The notes under the pieces were generated by a model. The model worked only from the letters and a program-made list of their open reading frames with translations. It was not told the DNA's origin and made no database searches. A DNA stretch of 64,000 bases from Negaprion brevirostris (lineage: Eukaryota): positions 52,615,366-52,679,365 of the forward strand of contig JARDVH010000084.1 in the NCBI GenBank assembly GCA_030324005.1, in the 5' to 3' direction. Shown here piece after piece: positions 40,801 to 52,800 of the stretch. A program made the position numbers and the translations under genes. The stretch's first letter is position 1, and every line of letters begins with the position of its first letter.

Positions 40801-43800
40801 TATCTTCATTGAATATTGCAGAGTGATTTGCAGAGACTCTAACACATTTATTTGAGATTAATACAGGTCAGAACACCACTCATTGCACTTGGAAGTTATA
40901 AAATTTCAAAACGCTTAAACCTGGGACTTGGCTTTAACCATAATTTCTTGGAAGGGGAAAATGAAGTGCTTCATACTGAACATTACTTCACCTCATCCAC
41001 TGCCACTTACCTTCTTGAAGCCACCACAGCCAGTATTTCCCTTATACTGTCTAATGTTTTCTCTTCTTTTCCTAAAGACATGAACTCATGGCAGGCACAA
41101 TATTCCACAGATGCTAATCACCCTCCAGTACCTCATCCACAGTCAGTCTTCGTGTGTCACAACGATCACCAAGATAATGAAAAGCAGAAATTTTCAATTG
41201 TCTCCCCTGTACTCATCTAACATTCACACTTACAGCAGGGACTAGTGGATAATAGGAACAGGAACCTTGGTCCATTTTATTCCCTAATCAGGAGACAAGA
41301 AAGTTCATTGCTGTATCTCTTCCACTTAGCTGAAATGGGAGTGGAGGATTGACAAAAGAATCAAAGATGTGGCATTCCTACATCTGCTCAATATTTATCG
41401 TTAAACCAATTAGGTTAATGTGGGAGCCTTTACAATAGGTATTTTGTCAGTCAGTTTATGCATCATGAAACAATTCAAACTGCCATCACGAAAGGAAAAT
41501 TTGATTAAAGTAAATGTAATCATAAATGTACCTTTACCTTGCAATACAATAACATGTAAAGTCATGAAACATTCAAAATGTTAAATGATTCACCTTTTCT
41601 GTTTCCTTTTTCTTTGTATGTCCAGTGAAAGCTTCAAACACCCCCAGATGGTAAAGCTGTCTGACCAAAGACAGTGCACACGACTGTGCAGCTAGTTTCT
41701 TATTTGAACCATGTTCACGAGCTGTGATTCCTTGACAGAGAAAAATATACAACGTTCCAATTCATCTTTTAGCACGAGGTTTACAACGTTATTTATGCAG
41801 CACATGTAGTTTCACAAGGTGCTCAAACTAGGAACTTAAAGATGAACATAAATTGCTTCATCCAACAAGATGCCCCATCCCTGCAACTATTATAATTACT
41901 CAGCTATAAAATTGCAATTACGATTTTTGTTTTGTGTGCACAAATTTCACGATTATCAGCATATGTGAATGTTTATGCACGTCACCACCATATTCTTCTG
42001 CAGTCAGAAACTGTTCTCTGAAATTGTACAACAAGTTAATTTCCAATGTCAATGAAATTTTTTTTTTAAATCTTTTTTAAAAGTGTGGCACTCACCATCC
42101 TAAATATTGGAAACTAAACTTGTAACTTTTCGGTCTGTTTTAACTTATTGCCATTTACTTCACTCAATTCTACCTACCTGCAAACGTTTAGCTGGCTAAA
42201 AGGAACAAACATTTAAGCAAAAAAAAGAGTTGAGCCAAGCAATAATGACCACTGATAAACTATCCACGATATAAGAACATAAGAAATAGGAACAGGAGTA
42301 GGCCATCTAGCCCTTTGAGCCTGCCCCACCATTCAATAAGATCATGGCTGATCTGCAGTGGATCTGTTCCACTTTCCCACTTTCTCCCCCTTTTCTCTCC
42401 TTACAGATGCTGCCAGACCCGCTGAGATTTTCCAGCATTTTCTTTTTTGGCCCTATCCAGTGACTCTGTCTACACTTCCCACTGCTTGGCAAAGCAGCAG
42501 CATAATCAAGGACCCCACACCGCCCAGACATTCTCTCTCCCACCAGGAATGGCCTTAAAAGGTGGTTTTTAAAAGTTTAAAGTTTACCTATCAGTGTCAC
42601 AAGTAGGCTTATATTAACATACATTAACTTTGTAAGAAGTCTCACAACACCAGGGTAAAGACCAACAGGTTTACTTGGAATCATGAGCTTTCAGGGCACT
42701 GCTCTTTCATCAGGTGAGTCAACCAGTGCTCCAAAAGCTCGTGATTTCAAATAAACCTTTTGGACTTTAACCTGGTGTTGTGACACTTCTTACTGTTCCA
42801 CCCCAGTGCAAAGCCAGCATCTCCATGTCATACATTAAGCTTGGTATGGCTCCTGCCCTGTCCAAGACGGCAAGAGACTACAAAGAGTTGTGAACGAAGC
42901 CCAGTCCATCACGCAAACCAGCCTCCCACCCACTGACAAAGGGTCATCTGGACTTGAGACGTCAGCTCTTTTCTCTCCTTACAGATGCTGCCAGACCCGC
43001 TGAGATTTTCCAGCGTTTTCTCTTTTGGCCCCATCCATTGACTCTGCCTACACTTCCCGCTGCCTTGGCAAAGCAGTGGCATAATCAAGGACCCCACGCA
43101 CCTCGGACATTCTCTCTTCCACCTTCTTCCATAGGAAAAAGATACAAAAATCTGAGGACATGTACGAACTGATTCAAGAACAGCTTCTTCTCTGCTGCTG
43201 TCAGACTTCTGAACGGATTTACCGTACATTAAATCGATCTTTCTCTACACCCTAGTTATGACTGTAACACTATATTCTGCACCATCTCCTTTCCTTCTCT
43301 GTGAACGGTACGCTTTGTCTGTACAGCACACAAGAAACGATACTTTTCACTGCATATTAATACATGTAACAATAATAAATCGAATCAATTCATATAAGAA
43401 AATGAAGGGGATGGATAGGGTAGGGGTGGAGAGATTCTTCCTGCTCAGAAAGGACAGCAGGACTAAAGGGCACAGCCTCAAGATAAGGGGGGGGCAGTTT
43501 AGAACAGAGTTGAGGAGGAACTTCTTCACTCAAAGGGTGGTGANNNNNNNNNNNNNNNNNNNNNNNNNNNNNNNNNNNNNNNNNNNNNNNNNNNNNNNNN
43601 NNNNNNNNNNNNNNNNNNNNNNNNNNNNNNNNNNNNNNNNNNNAAATGTGCCTCATTCTCAAGTTCCCTACTTCCAAGTGAGGATTCAAATAGACCTCTT
43701 TGCATCGCAGCTCAGCTGGGAAACAGGGTGATGGCCCCAATCCTGAACAGAGTTTATATTTGCACAGAGAATGAAAAATGCTTTCTAATCCACGGACCAA

Positions 43801-46800
43801 TGCATGGATTCTAATTTGAACACATTTTTCACTGCATTTCAACAGTAGGGGAGGCAGTGGTGCAGTACTGCATTGGACTAGTAATCCAAAGGCCCAGGGT
43901 AATGCTCTGTGGACCTGGGTTAAATCCCACCACAGCAGAAGTGGAATCTGAATTCAATATAAAAAGCAATGTAGAGCAATGACAACATTTGTGTTCAGCC
44001 ATATACCAGTAGAGTACTCCATCTACAGCCTTTAACTTTGAAAAGAATAGTTTTAAAAGAAACCGAGCAGCGTAAAAACCTGCAAGAGGACTTGGTACAA
44101 GTACAGAGAACTCTTTATCTTTTAATTCTAAATGAGGTGCATAAGTTCTTTACAACAAAAACAGGAAATGATGGAAAATCTCAGCAGGTCTGACAGAATC
44201 TGTCGAGAGAATAGAGCCAACGTTTCAGATCTGATCATTCTCTCTCCACAGATGCTGTCAGTCCTGCTGAGATTTTCCAGCGTTTTCTGTTTTTGTTTCA
44301 GATTTCAGCATTCACAGTATTTTGCCTTTACATAAAATTTCTAGTCTTATATACAGTGGTCACTGTATTTCCTGGAATTTTCAGCTTGCCAATTTATCTA
44401 AATAAAAATAGAAAATGTTATGCTTCATTCTATCGTGTTACTATGCCTTTAGAAAAAAATATTTTTTTAATCATGCTCTCTATAGTTACAGGCAGCTTTG
44501 TTTTTGTTCATTGTGGGACCAGCTGCCTGATTAGATGTCCTTTCTATTTTTATTTAAGAGATTTAAATGATTTTGTTCATTTTTACTCTGGGCCTAACGT
44601 ACTTTTTGGGAGTTTATGACCTTTTGAATTGTTGTGGTAAGAATGATTGACAAGTCAGGAGGGACAGTTTTTTTTCTCTGTCAAGAATTCTTACTGACAG
44701 AGAATTCAGGCAGGATGTAGTGTTCTGCCTCTTTCAACGTGGTGTTTTGGGAAGCTGTTCTGGCCTCAAGTTTGTGTGCGTCACGAGAACTGTCAAGAAA
44801 AGTGTGTGTTCGAGGCTCGAGGGGCTAGATGGCCTACTCCTGCTCCTATTTCTTATGTTCTTATGTGTTAAGAAAACTGCAGAATCCCACAACAAAACAT
44901 GAGCATAAGAGCTTCCTGTGTTAATCCCAAAAAGGGTGTTTGTTTCAAACAGTGCACTTAGCAGTTAAGTTTTATACAATATCATAGTTGTTTATTTCTT
45001 GTAATTGGTAAAAGTTATTGCTAATTGTTAACTGTATTCTTAAATACAGGCACGCACCCTACCGGCTCTTCATGTCAGTCAATCAGCGTGGTGAGCCAGT
45101 AAGATCGCAAGACAGACGAAAACCTGGCTTTGTGCCCGGTTTCTGATCTCTTGGGATACTACTGGCATTGGTGTGATCAGGCTTGTGCCCCCGAAAGGCG
45201 TGAGGCTGATTATAATATTTAAATCTCAAATTAAATATTATTATTGAGCCCGGGACAGAATCGTCTGGGCTCACTTGCTTTAATGGACTCATGGTGGAGA
45301 TCCTCACCAGCGAGGATCATGTATGATCCCAGCAACAGGGGCCAAGACGTGATGGCCTTCGAGTGGGAGGGGCANNNNNNNNNNNNNNNNNNNNNNNNNN
45401 NNNNNNNNNNNNNNNNNNNNNNNNNNNNNNNNNNNNNNNNNNNNNNNNNNNNNNNNNNNNNNNNNNNNNNNNNNNNNNNNNNNNNNNNNNNNNNNNNNNN
45501 NNNNNNNNNNNNNNNNNNNNNNNNNNNNNNNNNNNNNNNNNNNNNNNNNNNNNNNNNNNNNNNNNNNNNNNNNNNNNNNNNNNNNNNNNNNNNNNNNNNN
45601 NNNNNNNNNNNNNNNNNNNNNNNNNNNNNNNNNNNNNNNNNNNNNNNNNNNNNNNNNNNNNNNNNNNNNNNNNNNNNNNNNNNNNNNNNNNNNNNNNNNN
45701 NNNNNNNNNNNNNNNNNNNNNNNNNNNNNNNNNNNNNNNNNNNNNNNNNNNNNNNNNNNNNNNNNNNNNNNNNNNNNNNNNNNNNNNNNNNNNNNNNNNN
45801 NNNNNNNNNNNNNNNNNNNNNNNNNNNNNNNNNNNNNNNNNNNNNNNNNNNNNNNNNNNNNNNNNNNNNNNNNNNNNNNNNNNNNNNNNNNNNNNNNNNN
45901 NNNNNNNNNNNNNNNNNNNNNNNNNNNNNNNNNNNNNNNNNGATTTGCTGGGCTGAATGTCCAATACAATTTCATGGCAGCTGAGCTGTTATTGCAGCTG
46001 GTTAAAATAGTATTGTTTACAAGTCTTACAGTCAAGGGTAAAACTAGGCACCTCCAAATGTAAGTGATACTTACTTCTTCCCAGCTGTCTCACGTGAATA
46101 GTCATCTCTGCAATAAAACTCCTGAAATGACATGCGCAACATGAAATTAAATCTGCCATTTTAGCACTTCCACCAACCCAGTGATACTGAACCATATAAT
46201 AAAATTTAACAAAATAATGCCCAACACATCTTGAACAAATGGGAAAAGGCATGATTTGTAAAGTGAGAATACAGTACAATGCAAATACTTCAGATGTAGG
46301 TGATAAAATCGCTGCAAGTAGTAATCTAGAAGTTCAAAATGAGTTGAAATATTCCATCTATTCTAGCTTCTAAAGATGACAATAAGACTTATCAAAACAA
46401 TAAGATAAAAAAAACAAAGGGCTTCAAAGTCAAATATAACCAATCTTAGTGAAGCAATGCAAATTTTTAGCATAGTGCACAATTAGTGGCACAACTCTAT
46501 TGGTTGCTGCAGGAAATGCAGGACAGCGTTTACACCAATGTCTCCCCACAGGGAGATAATCGCATTTTAGGCAATTAAGTAGAAACCCAAGAAGCAAGTG
46601 GGGCTCTTCTACTTGCAGACCTCCCAGGGGAGGATTACAGAGGGACATTGGGGAGCATTACAGAGAGGCATTAGAGTAACTTAATAGATGATTATGTACG
46701 CACCATTTATCACAAAAATATTGAATGGAAGCAGAGAAAACGGAATATCAATTGAAAAACAAAAATCCTTAATTTAAATGGTTACTTGGGTTTGCAACAC

Positions 46801-49800
46801 AATCTTGGCATAAACAGAAAAAAAAATTAGCCAGAACCGATAGGGCATCCATTGTTTGGAACTTATTGACAAGTTCCACGAACCAAATGTGGTTAAATGT
46901 CATCATCTTACTGTACAGCAGCTTATGTAACCCATCCTTTGCCATATACAGGCTCAGAAGTATTTGAAAATATTTGCCATACACTTGCGTGGAAGAATTT
47001 AATAAATTCCATACTCATTAATGAATCCATTTTTACCTGTGATACAAAAATAAATGATTGATGTACATAACAAAACAATGGTTACCCAAAAGTATTGAAT
47101 TTCCTAGCTTTGAAGAACAATGTGCTCTAGAACCATGTACTCTAATCTCAAGTTTGCAAGTTTTTGCATAGGCATGCAATTTTTAAAAATTTTTCAATCC
47201 AATCATAATTAATTGCCACAAACTACCTATTCGTATATACATTAAATCCAAGACAGCCATTTTATATTAGCGGCAAACTTTTAGAAACGCACTGATATAA
47301 ATAAATGAATTGGAATGCAACATACAAAGATTTTAAGCTGTAATAAAACTTTCTCTATTTATACCTGTAATTTAAAAAATGTCAGTGAGGCACTTAAGAA
47401 AAACACATTCCTGCACGGAGTATGAAAAAACAGGGAAAGTTGCAGACAATACACTTTACTACTGCAGCATTGTATATGTGGTTAATTTCAACTGTGCATT
47501 AGCATTTGAAAGGAAAACTGTTGAGCTGGAACTAGCTTCCTGACTGACCAATTTCATTAAAGAACAAAGTAAAACAGAATTGTCATATCACCCGAATTTT
47601 CTATTGCTTTGACATGCACCCAAACACAAGTTTTGGCCAGTTTTAAAGGTAACATCCAAATGATGTGCCATCAAGATATGGTTCAGTTCTGGATTCTAGT
47701 CCTTGGCATCAACAGCTTTTCTTCAGTACTATGCATGCATCTTGTTTTAATCCGTATAACTCACTTCTGATCCTATATTTGGTCAACTGAGATCAAGCAC
47801 AGCAACTTCACGATTCAGAGAAGCCTGTTAATAGGCCCATTATCCACCATTCTTGGATGCCAGTATGTTTCTCTGCCAAGCTTAGTAAAGTTCCAATCTC
47901 CATCAGCCCTAGGTCCCCTAGAACACCTATAGGAAAAGTGACACCAGAAATCAACAGCTGTCTATAATTGCTTGTACCATCATTCCTACAATGGAAGGAT
48001 ACCATGTGACAGCTTAGTGCAGCCTAAGCAACGTCACATGTTTGCAAGAGCGGTTTCTGGTGTCACCTCACTCCCATGACATTAAAGGAGTGACAGGTTT
48101 GTCACTTTTATTTAGTTTAAGTTTTCTATCTTACAATTTATCAACTATGGTTAAAAATATTTGCAATCGAACACACAAGTTTTGAAATAATATCATTGCA
48201 CATTATAGACATTCTGCCCATTGAGTTTTCAAAGTACATAACTTATGTGCATCTATGTTTTTAAAACAATTTTGCATACTCAACATAAGTGCACAATGTT
48301 TTGGGAGGTCGAATGTAATTTGGTAATTTAGTACCTTCTCAAACGTATGGGCAACATAGGAAACTGCTTCTACAGTAGATCCCTGCTATTTGGGCCTGTA
48401 AAGTCATAAAATCTCCAAATAAATGAAAATCATCATCTCTGAACAACATGTTGCATCTTGAAATCCAATAGAAATTCAACAATCTGTTATTTCCCAATTA
48501 GCAGGAATCTACTATATCATATTTAAGTTTCTTAGCATTCATAGGGGTACTGGGCAACTACCCCATTGAAAGCTCTATATAACAAGGCAAGCTGGCTGAG
48601 AAACATACTGGTACCATACCATGAAGTATGGAATAACTCAGTTTTCAAACAGAAACCATCAGCTACAACAGGAACATTATTATGACAATTTAAAAAATAC
48701 TTTTCACTAACACTAGCTTTCCCATTGGCTAGTACAATATCCTAATTATCTGCTCCTTCAGTGCTCTAAATGTATTAGGATTACATTCTGTCAGCTAAGT
48801 TAAAGAAGTTTCATGGGTCAATCCTTGAGATTCAATGCTGAAGTATTCAAAATCAATTTAAAAGCTTGATGTGACCTGACTAGTACCTCTTAGCTGAAAT
48901 CTTTTTTCCATTACTGAAAACAACCTTATTTAAGTAACTTCAGATTGAAGACCCTAAACATTCAATAGTTGCCGTACATTTCAAACTGATCAAATGAGAC
49001 AAACTATCTTTTACAGTCTGTCAGCATGCATTCAGCATTATAAGTTCACCTTGCAGCACTGCCACTAAGTTCAATAACAGCATTATGGGAAAAAAAAGAA
49101 AGTTGCTGGAGATTCAAAAAAAGTGTATTTTCGCTGGTCAAACTTCATCTTGTAATTATACCCACTAATTGGTGTGTATAATCATTCATTTGGTGTAGGT
49201 CTGCTACTGCAGTCGCTTCAGGAGCCGAATATTCTCTTAATCCTGAAACTGGACAAAAATTCTGAGCAGTGCACTTCTCAGACCAATTTCTTCCTTGAAT
49301 GTCGATTTGAAAGTGTTGGCTAAGATGCCTGGAGAAAATCGTTCCTGTGGTTACCTGTGATAAGACTGAATTTATTAAGGGTCAGATCTCATCCTTCTTG
49401 AATGTCGAAAAAGCCTTCAAATAGGGTAGATTAGAATTATTTCTTCGATACCTTGCAAAAGTTTGGATTGTGAAGTGAATTCAAGTACTCTTAAGAACCC
49501 AATGGCGATGGTCCTTACAAATGGTTTTAGATCTTAGATTTTTGGCCTCAAGAGGGACAAGACAGGGGTGTCCCTCATCTTTTTTGTTTGCTCTAGCTAT
49601 TGAATTTTTGGTGCAGGTCGTTAGACATGACCCAGGTTTATGGGTTCTAGAGTACAGGAAGACTGCATAAAATATGTGGATGATATGTTGCTGCTTGTTT
49701 CCATGTCGGCTGTCCTGCTATTACTGATGAGGGAGCTAGATTTAGTTTTTTTGCGTTGTAAGATTAACTTCACGAAATCAGAGGCAATGCCCCTGGGCAT

Positions 49801-52800
49801 GTTAAAGGGTAAACCCCTCATTCTGCTCATTTTCCCTTCAGGTGCGCCCCCCCCCCCCCAAATTTGGGTTGACTTATCTGGGCATTCACATTGCCCCTGG
49901 TTTTCAGCAGTTCTAAAAAGTGAACTTTCCTCAAATACTGGCCTCCATTAGATGGGTCATACATTGTTGTCCATGAGTTGGAGGGGAGATCAAATTTAAC
50001 TTTCACTCTTCAATTCAGGGTAATCCAGATTTCCTGCCTGGTTGCATGAATCATGGTTTGATATCTGGAGGATAGAAGACTCTGTAGATAAAGGCTCATA
50101 ATTGATAGCATTACCCTGTTATCTTTTGAGCAGCTATGTTGATTTTCCAAAACACTCCTTTTTTTTAGATATTTGCAACTTAGGGACTTTGACCTTAAAG
50201 CAACTCTTCTTTTAGAAACTATCTGTGGAGCCCAAGCATTTCAATAGTAAATTTTCCGACCCACTATGCTCTAGATTTTACATTACATTGGACACTGTGT
50301 TCTTGGGAAACAGACCTCGCAGTAAATCTTGGCAAGGAGACATAGGGTGGTATTTGAGAATGCAGTAATAAAATTTCAGTTTGGAATAAAACAAAAAAAA
50401 AACTCAGCTTAAACATGGCATCGCCTGCATATTACTCTAAGTTTGCAGCACAGGGTTGACCCAGCCACATCCTCATTTTGCCAGAAGTGTGAGGTGGGCG
50501 CAGAGGATTGCCTGCACTGTTGTTGGTCCCACGTCAAAATGAAAGCCTACTGGTTCAATGTTCTTAAATAGCTTTACAGGATCTTTGATATGGCCTTAAA
50601 GTTCATTCCCATGCATTTGACACTAGGTCTCACAGACAAAAGAATCAGTAACATGAACGAGAAAAGGCTATATAAGATCCTATTTGCAACACGGAAGAAT
50701 ATTCTTTGTCCATAGATTAGTGATAAGCCCCTTCAATTTGGATACGGCATAAAATCATTCTGGAACGTATACCAGTGGAATTCATAACTAGTTTACTTTG
50801 AGCTAAATCAGATACATTCCGTAAAGCATGGGTCCCTTATCTTAAAGTCTAGACACATGGTCTAGTTTACTCCAACAAGGTTTACAGCAAGTTCCGTGGC
50901 TCTGTCACCAGTATCCTGTAAGCTTGGTTGTGCACCGCTGAGTCAACTGTGGCCACATCCTGTTGTCCTAATACTCCCCCCATCCTTCAATATATCATTT
51001 TGTTCCTTTGTGAGATGGGAGGTGCTGACTACAATGAATTATCTGAACTAACTGGATTGGTAATTTTCCTTTTCCTTTCTTTTTCGACAACACGCTTGTT
51101 TGAAAATGATCTTGCCTTACTGCACCAATCTTTGAGAGCTTGTTGCATTATTTGTATAAAATGAATAAAAACTTCAGTGAAAATACATTTTGAAAAAAAG
51201 TCAAGCTTTTATACAAACTAGTATTATTCAGAAAGGCATTGCAATGTCCTGAGAGATTACCGGGTCATCTTTCTCAGTTACTACTCACATATCGTCTAGG
51301 ACCAGGACAACTAGGTAAAAACCAAAAGAAAGGAGAACGAATTTGAGTAATTAGTAAAGAAGTTCATTTTTATGCATAATGCATATTTGTCATCTGGGTA
51401 AGTCTGAATCATGCCAAAAAAACACTGCAACCGATTCCTGAAGCATTTTCAAATTATTTTCAATTTTGAATATAAAAATGAATTGGTGCCCAATTTAGAA
51501 AATTAAAAATACAAGAAATCCTAGCAGCTTAAGAAAAAAATAAGCATTTGAAGAGCACCACGAATATCCACCGAGTTTACCAAGCACCTCTCAATAAAAT
51601 ACATTTGAGATGTTCTCATTGTCGTAATGAGAAAAACAATAGAACTTGTTGGCCCTTATGAAACGTTAGCTCTGTTCTCCCTCACCGCAGATGCTGAGAT
51701 CTTCAAGCATTTTCTTTGAGATTGGTTGACGGATAAATGTTAGCCAGGATGATGTTACTCATGACAATCTTTACACTGGATCTTTTACATTCATTGGAGG
51801 GGGTAGACGGACTCAGTTCATCATTTAATCTAAAATACAGCATCCTTGACTGTGCAGACTTCTGCAGTCCTGCTCTGAAGTGTCAGTCTAGAATATGTGC
51901 TTAAATGTCTGAAGTCTGTATTCAATTCAGCTTCTGATTCAAATGCATATGTACTACCACTGAACCAACTCTACGCTTTTAAGTAGTTTGCAACTTTTGT
52001 AATTCTTACAAATGAGTGAATTAATTATCTTCTGGATCTATAAGAATAACATACATTTGATTTACTGAATATTTTCGATAAAATGTTACTCTGGAACATT
52101 TATTCATTTAACTAGATGAACTTTAAAAGGTGCTCTATTCTTTATTATGTGGTTTCTAGAAGGGTTACTATTTTTGTTTCAAGCAGAATTGCAAATCAAC
52201 TACCAGTACGGGCACATCCATGGGAAGCAATAGTCGCATTGTTCCCATTTAACCTCACTTGACAAGTGGGGATGAATGGGATACTAGTTTACATTTCAGA
52301 ATTGCACAACATGAAAACCATAAAAATTATTATTGCTGCATTGCTCAATTGATTAGTCCACAATTAAAATGTATCAAACCTGTTGTGGTCAGGTCCCACT
52401 TGTAAATACTTATAATCTGCTTGAATCTTCTCTTTTTGGAAGAATTGGTTAAGTTGTGCTTTGGCATTTTCAAGTGTCCAATTGCCATGAAGGCCAGCAT
52501 TCAAATCTAAGCCTTCAGATTCCAAAGTCTAGGAAAAAGAGTTATTTGTTACAAAAAGTTGTGCAAAAATAACCTTCTGCATCTTTTTGTTATACAAATT
52601 GCAGTGGCTATATTTTCAACACATAAAAAATACTGCGAAGAAATACAATTATTTCTGTAATGGCTAAGTGGAGCCAAACATGCCGAGGTACTCAAGCTCA
52701 ACCCTTGGTCTGTGGTTAGCTATCAACCAGTGCTATACCCTGAAAGGGAAAGACAGGTCTAAACTAGGTTGGTCAGGGTCCCTGCACCTAGGATCCATAA

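Noticed and set aside
45244-46035. Several long ORFs on both strands
   Set aside because: They consist mostly of translated N runs; the same applies to 28030-28710.
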